Of a stretch of DNA of 64,000 bases, positions 1-12,003 are shown piece by piece. Source of the DNA: Vitrella brassicaformis CCMP3155 (Eukaryota; Protista; Chromerida); assembly GCA_001179505.1 (NCBI GenBank), contig CDMY01000344.1, positions 47,655 through 111,654 of the forward strand, in the 5' to 3' direction. Positions within the stretch are counted from its first letter, which is position 1, and the number at the start of each line of letters is the position of its first letter. The notes under the pieces were generated by a model. That model did not search any database and was not told the origin of the DNA. It worked only from the letters and a program-made list of their open reading frames with translations. The position numbers and the translations under genes were made by a program.

Positions 1-3000
1 GGACTTACCGTTTTTGCCTTCTCCACCCAGACGTCCACTTCGTCTCTCTGACAGCCGTCGGCCGACGTGTCATCCCCGCCACCACCACCAGCAATACCCT
101 AGGGACACGCGACAGACAGACACGCAGTGATTGCAATTGACCCAACGACACGACACACCCACAGTCCATCCGTCCATCCATGATCGCGTACGTCAGTGCC
201 GAGTGCGGGTGAGGTCTGCGACCTCCTGGGCGGCTGCTTGAGCGCCACGAGGCTGCTGGAGGATGTGCTGGCACCGAGGGGCTCCCTCCTGCTGTCGTAG
301 ACGGGGGGCGTGGGGGACCGGCGCAGACGCTCGCTCTTGTGGTGCTGGGCTGATACAGACGACGAGTGGCCGCCAGCACTGGTGCTCGCGCGACGCATCT
401 TCAGAGTCAGCGGACGATTCCTGACAGACACCAGAGACAGGACAGCCACGTTGCGCATCTCTGTACGTCTGTCTGTGCGAGTGTGGAGGATTGATGACCT
501 TGACGGCGGGCTGACTAGTGTGTCTGGGTTGTGTGTGGTGTGCTCGTCGGGGGAGGAGTGCGTGTCGCTGTGCGCCAGGGGGTCGTCGTGGATCGTCAAC
601 GACTGCATAGCAGACACACACATACACACATACACACATGCACACAGACGTCTTCTGTGTGCTGTGGTGTGCTGTGCTGTGGTATGCATGATGCTGTACG
701 TACGATGTCTCGTGGGCTGTTCCCGCCTTTGTTTCTCATCCTGGGTGTGGAGGCGAAGTGATACCGCTGAGTGGAGGCGAAGATCTGCTGGTGGAATATG
801 CGCTCCTGCACACACAACACAAAGCACAAGACAGACAGACACACCACACCACACGTGTGTAAATGTCGTCTGCGTGTGGACGGACGGCTGGGCGCAGTGA
901 TGTGATGTACCATTGAGGATGCGTTCTTGCTCATCTGTTGGTTGGCGTCGATGTCGAGAAGCCCGTCAGAATGGCGCAGCGTCTTGATGCACTCCTCCAT
1001 CAGAGACTAGAGAAACACACAGACACACAAAGATAGACGGATGAGTGTGGTGTGGTGTGTGACGTGTCTGTCTGGCTGCGTTGTGTGTACGTGTGTTTCT
1101 TCCAGTCTGTTCCTGGTGTGCTGCATGAGTGACGACGAGCTCCGCTTCACTCCCTCAGCCATCATACGCAACACGTTCTTACTCGCAGTCTGCACACACA
1201 CACATTATATACACACACACACACACACACACAGGCAGATATATGGGTTATATATCTGTGTGCATCTTTGATGGCTGCAGTGAGTGCAGGTGGGTCAGTC
1301 AGGTTCCTTCCCTCACTTCCAGCCCGTGTATGACGTTCTCCAGGACGGTGCTCCTGCCTTTGCTCGTCTCCGACTCATCGCTCCTGCGTTGCGGTGTGTG
1401 TGCAGACAGACAGACCAATGCGTCCACGACACGCACGCACACCCGTATTGTGTGTGTGTNNNNNNNNNNNNNNNNNNNNNNNNNNNNNNNNNNNNNNNNN
1501 NNNNNNNNNNNNNNNNNNNNNNNNNNNNNNNNNNNNNNNNNNNNNNNNNNNNNNNNNNNNNNNNNNNNNNNNNNNNNNNNNNNNNNNNNNNNNNNNNNNN
1601 NNNNNNNNNNNNNNNNNNNNNNNNNNNNNNNNNNNNNNNNNNNNNNNNNNNNNNNNNNNNNNNNNNNNNNNNNNNNNNNNNNNNNNNNNNNNNNNNNNNN
1701 NNNNNNNNNNNNNNNNNNNNNNNNNNNNNNNNNNNNNNNNNNNNNNNNNNNNNNNNNNNCCCCCCGATACGCTTACTTGTCGTGTAGCTGTGCCTCCAGC
1801 TGCCGAATGCGCCACGACTTCTTAATCAGCTCAACGAACTCCTGCACATACATACACACACACACACACGTGTGTGTGTGGTGCGCGGCCGTCTGTGAGG
1901 GAATGGGTGGGCTGGTGTCTGTCTTTGGTGCACTTCACCCACCTTCCTCCTGAAAGTTTCGATCATTCGTTGTGCGATGAGTGCCACGAACAGCGTCACG
2001 AAGAACATCAGCAGATTCTTCCAACCTAAGCGACCGATCGTGCAGTGAGTGCACCGACAGACAGACAGACAGACAGACAGACAGAAAGGAAGCTTGACCC
2101 ATCCCATCCAGGGGTGCAGGTCAGGAGGCAGGCAGGCAGTCGTGGGAGGGAGGAGGCCCATCACGTACCGTTTTCCCACCCCGTGGGGTCCCTCTCTGTC
2201 TTTTCTGGCGATCCGTATAGAAAGGTCATGAGGCCGTGCAGAAAGAGCGTCACCACAAACACCACTACCGCACACACCTGGTGGACGCACACCACACACA
2301 CACACGCAGACAAACAGACACACATGTCAGTCGCTTAGCTTACATGCGTGTGGCTGTGTCCGTCATTATGTGGTTGTGTGTCATCCCATCCATCGTGTTT
2401 CTTACGAATCTGACGGGTACGAAGAAGAGCCCTACGCTGAAGAGCGCCTTGAGGGCCAGCAGCTGCTGCGCCTCAGTGATGCCTGACAGAACACAGACAC
2501 ATGACATGACATGCAGGAAGGGACACACACACACACGTGCAGTGCAACATCCTCCAATTGATTGATTGATGCTTTGGCATCCACCCATCACCTAGCTACC
2601 TTTGTTGTATTCGTGCGGCCGGCCAAGCATGGCCGCCAGGCGGAACTGATTGCACACAATCAACGCTGATGCATACGTCCACACACACACACACGCACAC
2701 ACACGCACAGAGAGAAAGAGAGAGAGGGAGACGAACATGAGATGGATGGATGGATGGTCAGTATGCCCCTCATGCCCCCGCCTCCCCTCCCCAGTGCAGT
2801 GCCATGTCAGTGGTTGAGTGGGTGTCTGTCGTAGGTACCGGCGATTTCGATAGCGAGGAGTGCAGTGAGTATGTATTCCAGGTAGGGCCACGTCCGCCTC
2901 GAGCACGGCAACAGGATTATTATCACACCAAAGCCAAAGCCCAACAACGGACCAATCAGACGCAGCGCCTACACTCACACATACACACAGACATCCATCC

Positions 3001-4166
3001 ATCCATCAGCGGCTATATGTTGTGTGTGTGTACCTTAGTTACCTGCACTGTGTCGGCTCCCTCGAGGATGACCCGCAGGTCGTAGTCGACGGCCACGACG
3101 CCCGCAAACACAAAGAGGGCAATGGCGCCCAGCCGCTGACACCGGGTGGCGATCAGACTCTCATTGTATTTCAAATACTCGCGCTCTGCAGACGTGACGT
3201 GACGTGACACCACCCCACAGCACAGACACACAAACATAGAGAGGAACGCACACAGACAGACATACTTTCCACTCCTCTCTCTCCTCTGTCTACTTGCTGA
3301 CCAAGTGCTGGGTCTCTGAACCGCAGTGTCCATCTCTGCCTCGAGAAGTCGCAGTCAGGTACATGCACCTTCGGGGGCGTCCGGGACCGATACGGACGCC
3401 GCTTCCTGCAGAACGCATCCTTGCTGTCCTTGCTGCTGTCCCTGCGATTGCTGTCCTTGTTGGCCGCGGCTGACTGGTGTGTTGGTGTCGGCGTCGAGGC
3501 ACTTGTGGTGGCCGCTGCTGTGGGTGTAGGGAGGGAGGAGGGGGGAGGGGAGGATGATCTCCTGGCGGCTGCATTGGCGTTGGCCGGGGTGATATCGGGA
3601 GCCTGGTGGTTGTCGGGCATGACAGACAGGCAGTCAACGGTGGATGGGTGGGTGGATGGATGGATCAGAAAAAGAGCTGCAGAAAGGGAGAGGGAAGGGG
3701 AATGCGGCTTTACATCTCTGGGTGTGCACTGCATTGCAGCGGTGTCGCTGTGCGCACCTGCCCGAAAGCTGAGGTCTTCCCGCAGCGCAGTCAGTGTCCC
3801 TGCAACATTCAAGCCAAAGAGACAACCACATCATACTCACTCATCTGTCAGTCACAGTATTATTTCGTCTGGCTATCCACTCGAGTCACATGTGTGTGCC
3901 TCGCTCCCTCTCCCGCCAGCCAGTCTGCTCTCCCACACCCACCCTTGCCCTGTGTGCGCGATAAGGAGAGGCACGCACTGCCTTACTGCCTCTCCGTCTC
4001 CCTTATCGCGGACACTCACCTCAGCAAGGGCCCTGTGAGTCGCGCACACCAGATCTGCACCTGCCTCCTTCATCAGACGTACACAGACCGACCATTGCCA
4101 GGCGGATCTTGCTGAGGGTGACGAGAGCAGATCTTGCTCCGCAGCTTCATCTGGCACGCTCGCCAT
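1..4166 (-). CDS. 5' part of a multi-exon polytopic membrane protein, probably an alveolate-type TM cyclic-nucleotide phosphodiesterase (or cyclase); runs off the left edge
   Basis: Spliceable exons give a low-complexity N-terminus (MPDNHQAP...), then hydrophobic exons (RLGAIALFVFAGVVAVDY; ALRLIGPLLGFGFGVIIILLPC..WPYLEYILTALLAIEIAG; LLALKALFSVGLFFVPVRF; WKNLLMFFVTLFVALIAQRMIETFRRK), then a coiled segment (EFVELIKKSWRIRQLEAQL; STVLENVIHGLE; LMEECIKTLRHSDGLLDI). TM block + E..R..F + helical linker resembles apicomplexan PDE N-termini. No catalytic domain lies in the window, and the start codon is uncertain. Confidence 0.45.
1460..1759. other. Assembly gap (300 N)
   Basis: Run of n bounded by a (GT)n repeat and a poly-C run; lies inside a predicted intron. 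Confidence 0.99.
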
Positions 4167-4266
4167 CACGATCTGACAAACGTCTGACAAATATCGCGTT
4201 CCTCACACATGGCAATGTCAAGCTCGCGTGAGCTCGCGCAGATCTGACCCACAGTAAGTCTTCCCA

Positions 4267-6871
4267 ATGCTCCGCTCTGCGGCCGTCGCGCGACGGTCTC
4301 TCCCGTCGCTCATCGTGAAGCCGCCAGCCTTTTCTCGCTGTCAGAGGGCCCGCACATCAACAGCACCAACGCTCTCAGCACCACCAGCTCCACAGCCCTC
4401 CGCCTATCAGCCTGTGGTCGATCTGAAGCTGTCGGATGAGTTGCAGAGGGGGCTGCACGACGTGATGGGCATCGCTCGGCTGACCGCAGTGCAGCAGATG
4501 ACATTCAGGCCAGCGAGCGAATGGAGCGATGTGCTGATACGGGCGCCGTCAGGCAGCGGCAAGACGGTGGCCTTTCTGTTACCTGTGCTGCACAAGGTAG
4601 GGTAGGTGCCTGTGCCTTTCTCATCAGTCAGTAGACAGACATTGTTTATTCTCTGCCTTGTATGGTGTGTGAGCTTTCTTTTCCGTCAGCTGCACTCGGT
4701 GCTTGCTTCCGGCAGCAACAGCACCAGCGGCATTTCGTGTCTGATCATCTCTCCCACTCGCGAGCTGGCCATGCAGACGCACAGCACGTGTGAGCGGCTG
4801 CTGCAGTACCACAGGTCCATGACCTGCGGCTTGATGGTTTCCGGCGGCCCCATCGACGACGACCTCAGGCGAATCCGGGAAGACCGACCCACTGTCCTGG
4901 TAGGGTAGGCTGCCTACGCACACGAGCAGACAGAGAGTCAGTCCATCGTGTCAGCCATTTGTGTATTGATTGCCCTGCCGTCGACTTCTGATGCGATGCA
5001 GATAGTGACTCCCGGGAGGCTGGTGGACCACATGAAGCGGACCGATCACTTCCTCCCCGCCCTCAAGCGGTCTCTGCGAGTGCTGATTGTCGACGAGGCG
5101 GCGCACCTGCTGGACCTGCCGTGCATCAAGGCCCTCCTGGCAATTATCAACCGGCTGCCCGAGGACCGGCAGACTCTGCTCTTCACCAGCACTGTGGACG
5201 AGGGCGTGCGGCGGATGGCACAGCGGATGCTGAGGACCAACTTTGAGTACTTGGACTGCACGGCCGTACTCAGGAATCATGATATTATGTGGATGGAGCA
5301 AAGACAGAGAGGTGATGTTATCGATGATACTGCGGCCGGCGACGTGCCCGAGCTCGCCCCCTCTGTCACGCGCCTGTCGTCCCACGTGCCTGTGGAGACC
5401 ATCCCCACTCCCACCAATCCGTCCCTCTCTCAGCACTTCCTCCACTACCCCTCAGAGCGCTTCTTCCTGGTGCTTTACAACCTTATCGAGAGGGAGCGGC
5501 AAGCAGCCCCCGAAACATACAAGCTGGTGGTGTTCTTCCCCACTGTGCGGTTTCTCCAGTTCGCCTACGTCTTGCTCAAACACCTTGTCTACCGGGGGCA
5601 GCCGGATGTGGGCATGATGGCGCTCCACAGGCACCTCACCGTGGCTCGGAGAAGGGCCGCTTGGGATCGGTTCGCGGGTGCCAGTAGGGGCGTACTGTTT
5701 GCGAGCGATTTGGCGGGCATGGGGCTGGACCTCCCGAATGTCACGCTCGTCGTGCAGGTGAGGTGCGAATCACGTGCATTGCATGGTGGAGGGACACGGA
5801 TCCACCCTGTGATCTGTTTGTCTGCGTCAGATTGGGCATCCCCCCACTGCTGACCAGTATATCAACCGTGTTGGACGAACAGCCAGGTGAGTGAGGACAG
5901 CACCGATGCAACCAACGTCAATATAATGAATGTCTCAGTGACTGTGTGCCGCTGCTGTGCTGTGCTCACACCACACAGAATGGGTGATTCCGGTCGCGCC
6001 CTGCTGCTCCTGAATGAGCTCGAAAGCCACTCGCTGACGCCGCTCCTTCGAGCCCACGTGCCCATCCGGCCGGCACCCTCCTCTCTCAAGGAATCCCTCC
6101 TGCTGCCCTCCCCACTGCTCGACCGGCTCTTCGCGCCATCACCGATCGACTTCCAGCCCAACCTGAGCCAAGACAGGACGCCCATGCTGCAAATCGGTGG
6201 ATCGCCCTCCGTCCTTCCTGCACTGGTGTCTGACGATCGGTTGCTGACGAGTGGCGACGCTGGTGTGGATGGGCATGGGGAGCACCAGGGTCAGGTGGCG
6301 GATTGTGTCAGAGGGGATCATCGGCATTGGTACAGCGTGCCGCATCTGTATGCCTCTGGGGCTCTGGCCTATCGGTCGCTGGTCGGGTACTACGCCAAAA
6401 TGTGGGACACACTCAGGATCGAGAGGTCCGGATTTGACGTGAACCAAGAGAGGCAACAGTGTGCTTTTGCGTTCCCTTCGCAAACCGAGGTTTGGTCACA
6501 TCCATCACATGTGGCATTCCGTGTGTGTGTGTGTGCAGCAAGTCCGTGCCCGCTGTGATTAACAAGGTGTTCGAGTCAGCTGGCTTACGCAAGCCACCAG
6601 TCGTCACCAAACAGTTCGCCGCCACCAACCAACTCATCGACGCACCAGGTATGACGACCCACTCACACACACACGCACCCACACACATGTTACGTGTAAG
6701 TGACATACATTCGTGTATACGGACGGCGCTGTTGCCGCAGGTCTGCACTATGACTACCACGCGACTCGGAAGACGGCCCTGATCGCTGCTCTGCCGGGCT
6801 ATGCGGGACACGCCTCGAGGCTGAGGCAGGTGACACACAGACAACGGGCGGCGATGAATAACGGCGTCTGA
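4267..6871 (+). CDS. DEAD-box RNA helicase, Mss116-like, probably mitochondrion-targeted, with degenerate motifs
   Basis: Q motif LTAVQ, motif I APSGSGKT, Ia SPTRELAMQ, Ib TPGRLVDH, II DEAA, III TST, IV LVVFFPT, V SDLAGMGLDLPNV, VI YINRVGRTAR (exon 5831-5886), then GDSGRALLLL and a Mss116-type C-terminal extension (AYRSLVGYY...GLRKPPVV). N-terminus MLRSAAVARRSLPSL is Arg/Ser-rich with no acidic residues. Confidence 0.88.
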
Positions 6872-7197
6872 AATTTTGTCCATCTCTCCTGCTGAGACCG
6901 AACCCTAAGACCGAACCCTGCTGGAGAAACCCTGCGTCTGAAGTTTCGAATCGAAGCCGAGCGCTCAACAGATTCATCACGACAGCCTGAAGGTGAGTGG
7001 GACACTCTCATCTCATGTGGCTGACGAGGTGGCGAAATGATTCATGCACGCCAACCGCCCCACCTCAATACCGAAACACCCAAGCAGTGATCTGCGACGC
7101 CAGCTGATCATCAAAAGACGCAGGTCTGCAAGCATCCAACCGAGAGTCATCCACACGTGGCCGCCAAGGGTCTCGTCCGTTCGTGTGTGTCGCAGGT

Positions 7198-8865
7198 ATG
7201 TCAGCCTGGCTGCAGCTAGATGGCGTCGACACCTCGTTTGATGAGGGCACCAGCGATGCCATTCGGGAGCTTGCCATGGGTGTCATCCACCGCACACTCA
7301 CCGACACAGGCCAAGTGAGGCAGCTCATCCGGCAGGGGGCAAACCCGAGTGTCGAGCCCTCACTGCAGCACCGCCATGACGCCACACCTCGGCTGTTGAT
7401 GTTGAAGAAGGCCTATCCGCTGCTCAGTCTGTCCATCGACGACATGACCGACTCCACCATCCCGTCCATCTGGGCAAAGGACCAAGACAACGGGCGACTT
7501 CCCGTCAGGCTGCCCCGCTGGCCGTCTCCTCAGCTCCAAGATGCCGTCATGACCGCACTGATCGACAGCTGGGCTGACATCAACGCGGAAGGCGCCGACG
7601 AGGACGGAAGACCCATCCGTGTCGCCGTTGCGGCGGCCAACCTGCCGGCAGTCGGTCTCCTGCAACGGGGCGTCCAGCTGCACGGATTCCTGGTGATGCG
7701 CCTGCCGGAGGACAGTATGTGTCCGCCTACCCCCGAGGGTGAGCGGCAATTGATGGCCATCTACCGCCGGCTCATTCAGTACGACAGCACCTTGGCAGCC
7801 GAACGCGATGAACTGGGCAACACATTGGTGCATTCGGCAGCCAGCAGAATGTCCAGAGGTCGCTTCTCCCAGGCCTTCAATAGCCAGTACATCGACCTGC
7901 TTGTGGACAACGGAGCTGACATCAGGGCGGCCAACAATACTGGCGGCTACACGGCATTGCACTGGGCGGCGCATCGGGGCTCTTACGTTTTCGCGGGGCT
8001 GTGTCGCAAGCTCTCACCTGACGACATCAACAGAGGGACAGACACCAACTGGACGCCCCTCGTCATCGCTGCCATTCGTCTCCGTATGTCCATTCGGACG
8101 CTGGGCGATAACGAGACGGCAGAAGAGCGCAAGGAAGACATCCGCACAACGGAAATTCCCAATCTCAAGACCGTCATCCGCACCCTTCTGAGAGCCGGCG
8201 GCCGCACGCCCACAAGGCGCAGTGAGCGACGTGAGCGCAGTCTCGTGCTGGCCGAGTATGCCACGGTGCTGAATGGTCTGTGTGATGTGACCATGTCGGC
8301 CATCAACGCCGCCCTCGCCCCCCAGCGCGACCACTCGATGCTGCTCGCCCGTCTACTGCCCCTCGCACCCCACAACGACGGCAGAGACCCCGCCCCCTCC
8401 CCCCTCTCATTCGGACCACACGAGGCAGAGGCCATCGGCTGGAAGATCGGCGCCTTCCTGCACGAGCCATTCGCTGCAGCAGCGGCCATCGACGAGTACC
8501 TCATCGGCGAGTCGACGCTGAGGCGCCGCGTCAAGGCGGCCATGGCGCACTTCGTCAAGTCGGCCGCCACACGGACATCCAGCAACAGGGAGGTCATCGG
8601 CGACATGGCCAACATGGGCGGCGTCATGGTGCGAGTGCCGCTGCAGTGCTTCGCCGTTCGGGGTCAGCAGGGTGGGCAGCATCGGCTGCTAGGTTTGCGT
8701 GAGGTGGTCCACAAGGCCCGGCTGGACGAGGCGGCCAGCCATGGTGTGACGGGTGTGGTCAAGGGCTTCAACGCCCACCTGGCTGACGACTGCGTGTTCG
8801 AATGGCGGCAGCTGGGTTACATCGACGAGACCACACGGCTGTTCGTGGCGCTGGGCATCGAGTGA
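7198..8865 (+). CDS. Single-coding-exon ankyrin-repeat protein of a lineage-expanded family (copy 1)
   Basis: Uninterrupted ~555-aa ORF after the acceptor cgcag|gt ATG. ANK motifs: ELGNTLVHSAA, GGYTALHWAAHRG, NWTPLVIAA. The C-terminal domain (PLSFGPHEAEAIGWKIGAFLHEP...FEWRQLGYIDE) is shared with 24304-26019. Confidence 0.85.
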   Translation: MSAWLQLDGVDTSFDEGTSDAIRELAMGVIHRTLTDTGQVRQLIRQGANPSVEPSLQHRHDATPRLLMLKKAYPLLSLSIDDMTDSTIPSIWAKDQDNGRLPVRLPRWPSPQLQDAVMTALIDSWADINAEGADEDGRPIRVAVAAANLPAVGLLQRGVQLHGFLVMRLPEDSMCPPTPEGERQLMAIYRRLIQYDSTLAAERDELGNTLVHSAASRMSRGRFSQAFNSQYIDLLVDNGADIRAANNTGGYTALHWAAHRGSYVFAGLCRKLSPDDINRGTDTNWTPLVIAAIRLRMSIRTLGDNETAEERKEDIRTTEIPNLKTVIRTLLRAGGRTPTRRSERRERSLVLAEYATVLNGLCDVTMSAINAALAPQRDHSMLLARLLPLAPHNDGRDPAPSPLSFGPHEAEAIGWKIGAFLHEPFAAAAAIDEYLIGESTLRRRVKAAMAHFVKSAATRTSSNREVIGDMANMGGVMVRVPLQCFAVRGQQGGQHRLLGLREVVHKARLDEAASHGVTGVVKGFNAHLADDCVFEWRQLGYIDETTRLFVALGIE

Positions 8866-9951
8866 CTGTGGGATGGGGGAAGGGAGTAGGCGGAAGTCGA
8901 CCTGTCTGGCCCAGTTTTGGTGGGTCGTGTGTGGTGCATGTTGATGTATGAGATTCGATCGAGGTACGTGTTTGCATGGCATGAAGTGAGGGACTGCCCT
9001 TGCATTCCATTAACGCAAGTTGGAGTCAACCCAGCCAGCCACACGCCAGAGACATACACCACCTCTCATCACGTGAACGGCCGTACATGGGAAACAGAGA
9101 CTGGGGTGAGTGGGAGCGTTAGTCAGTCAGAGCCACAGGATGCAAACAATGACCGGCTATGTACACTGGATGGGATGGATGGACGGACGGGTATATTGAC
9201 GGAGTCAAAAGTTGGTGGTTGTGTACACCGATTGGGCGCGACGAGAATGAGTAGTCGCCAGAAGAGGCGCTCACGCAGCCCTTCTCCCAAAGAGACAGAC
9301 AGACAGACAGAAATCCTTGAATCAAGAGCTTCCTCTTTCTCTCTCTGCAGCCTGTTACAATGCCGACGCGTCTGCTGAGACAGCCGACTGCACCGATGGG
9401 CCGCCAGGTCATTTTGCAACTTGACGGCCTGAAAGTGCAGATGGCCATCCAAGCAGATTCACATCGAAGCACTGAAGACAGGCCTGAGGATACCATCGCC
9501 AGATCTGAAGTAAGGACCTTCTCTAACTTTCCCTCGTGTGACGCTCGACCAACCCACCATCGCTGTGCGCACCCCACATCGATTGTTCCCCGGGTGCGGG
9601 GCAACAATCGTTGTTCAGCAGGCGCACGCGACCGCGGCTTGGACAAACACCACGTAGAGGGAAGAACCGACCAGTCAAGACACCACCATTGGACTAAGTG
9701 ACAAGAGCACATGCATCCCGCCCGCCCGGCCCGTCTGTCACGGGCGACCCCATCCCACCCTCATGAAGCCGAGCACCCCTTTGCAAAACAAGAACCACAG
9801 TCACACATTGAAAATACGGGCATGCGGCATCGCATGCCACACACACACATACACACAGTTACACACAACACACCAGATGGAGACACCACACGAGACGAAA
9901 AGACGAGATAAATGCCCACCCCTCCCCTCCCCCCCTCCCTCCCTCCCGGTT

Positions 9952-11514
9952 TCACACATATGCTTGGCCGTTGGCCTGTTGCTGCTGTTGTGTGCTCGAC
10001 GTAACCGTCACCACAGTCGCGCCATCCAAGTCGGGTCCGGGCGTCTCCACACCCTCCTTGCCGTCGGCCTTGGACGCCTCAGCCGCCTCCTTCTCCGTGA
10101 TCTCACGCAGAGCCTTGCGGGCAAACCTGACCGATTGACCAACAGAGGAAAGGACACGTGAGAGAACGGACCTCTTTTCGACGTGGCGCACCCACCATGT
10201 GACGATGAATACGGCAATGAAGGTGGCGACCAGCCCGACGGCCAGGAACACCCACTGAGACCAGTGGCCAGAGCCCTCCGCCTTGCCGCTGCACGCGCCT
10301 GCGAAGGCGGGGATGGCACCGATGTACACATAGAGAGCTGTGCCCGGTATAATGCCGAGGGTGCCTGGCAGACGTGGGCAGGAAGTAGGAAACAGGAATG
10401 TGTGGATTCCACGCTTTTTGTTGCCTTCTGCAGATCCGTGGTGTGCTCACCGATGGCGTAGTCTCTGTACCGAGTCCGTGTGCCGCCCATCTGATGGATG
10501 GTGAGATACGCACACACGCATTTATTGTCGTCACGACAGGGGGATGCGACACCATATACTCACTGACTTACAATGTAGTTGAACGCCGAGAATGGCACCA
10601 CGGGGGACAGCCGCAGCAGGATATTGAGCTTCAACCCCTGGTGAATCGATCGATGGACAAACGAAACAGCACCAAGACAGCATGTGCAAGCGCACGTATC
10701 CCTCCCCCTCCCCCTCCCCCTCTCCCTCTCCTTGCCAAGCACCTGTGTTTCGAAGACCTTGTCGATGGCCCGCATGACTTTGAATTTGTCCGTGAGGCCC
10801 TGCACCCAGCTCTTGAAGAGGAATCGGCCGCAGAAGAAGGCCAGCTGCGCCCCCACAAACGCACCCACAAGCACAGCGCCGATGCCGGCAGCCATCCCTG
10901 GACCATTCCCGAACGCACATACAAAGGTAAAGCCGGCGCCTGCACACATCCGGTACCCACATCTTATGGCGATTTCATCTCGTGGTGCATGCCTTCGAGT
11001 GGCTGGCTGGCTGGCTGGCTGGCTGACCGACCTAGTGTGAGTATGGATCCGGGAATGAAAGCCACTGTGCAGACCATGTAGACGGCCATGTAGGCCAGTA
11101 TGCCCGTTGCAGGATTGTCCTGAACCTGCCGAAGCAGCCGCAGCCAGCCAACCGACCAGTACACACAGACAGAATGAACTCGCGATCCTCGTCTCTCTTG
11201 CCTTTCTGCAGCGTGTGTTTCCCTGCCCCCGTCGCTCGATGACTTACCCATTCCTTGAATATGTCCAGCCCCTCGGCAACTCTCTGGCCTGTCGTCGAGT
11301 CGATGATAATGTACACAATGATAGCAATGATCACCAAAAACACCAGCAGCTTCTTCCAGCTCTGTGCCAACCATCCGCCCCACGTGCGCCGCGGCTTGAC
11401 CGGTGCATCGGCAGACACGGCACCGGGCGATGGGGTGCCGCCGGGAGCTGCGTCACAGGCTGTGGACAGCTGAGAGTCGTCTTGGTTTGCTGGGATGGGC
11501 TGGCCGGAAGTCAT
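9952..11514 (-). CDS. SNARE-associated Golgi protein, TVP38/TMEM64 (DedA/VTT family)
   Basis: Spliced exons give YMVCTVAFIPGSILTLGAGF, AQLAFFCGRFLFKSWV, GLKLNILLRLSPVVPFSAFNY and LSMYIG, which are hallmark DedA/VTT motifs. Confidence 0.92.
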
Positions 11515-11754
11515 GACGGATGAACTGCTGGAGGGCGATTGAATGAGGCTGGTCGATGGGCCGAGCTGTCACGCACGCGAGATGAGCCGACGTTGAAGGC
11601 TTTGCTGTTGCTTGCTGTGGGGAAGATGCACTTGTTGAGGTGGCAGATCTGGTGTTGCTGGTGAAGATCTAACAGCTGGATCTTCTTGTTGCTTGTGAAG
11701 GAGCTAGGAGGGAAGGCCGAGAGAAAGAAAAGGGAGAGGAGCGCGGGAAGGAGC

Positions 11755-11831
11755 AGGGTTTCTAACCCTACACCCCGTCCTGTGCAGGAGTAACCCTAAC
11801 CCTGCATGCAAGTAACCCTAACCCTGCATGC
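11755..11831. promoter_or_regulatory. Telo-box-like (TAACCCTAACCC) plus TGCATGC tandem element in a divergent promoter
   Basis: AGGGTT-TCT-AACCCT inverted repeat at 11755-11769, then the 22-mer AGTAACCCTAACCCTGCATGCA twice (11789-11810, 11811-11831). Lies between the head-to-head starts at 11514 (-) and 12004 (+). Confidence 0.5.
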
Positions 11832-12003
11832 GGGGGCCGTGGGCGGTGTTCCCCGAGTCTCAGAATCTGAGATGTGTTTCGGCCCCTGAGGTTCTTCCAC
11901 ACACCTTGCAGAGGCTCAGTAGTCGCTGAAACCTGACTTGAGACGCCCCGAGAACAGCGCCAGATCTATGCGTCGCTATTGACATCCCGTTGCAAGGACG
12001 AAG

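Noticed and set aside
1129-1953. ORFs spanning the N gaps (also 45790-46983)
   Set aside because: Artefacts of translating n as X.
9240-9712. Small ORFs between ankyrin copy 1 and TVP38 (e.g. 9360-9701)
   Set aside because: No recognisable motif and no consistent spliced model; left unannotated.
11761-11831. TAACCC repeats as a telomere or chromosome-fusion scar
   Set aside because: There are only a few units, interrupted by TGCATGCA, in a short divergent intergenic region, which fits a cis-element better.
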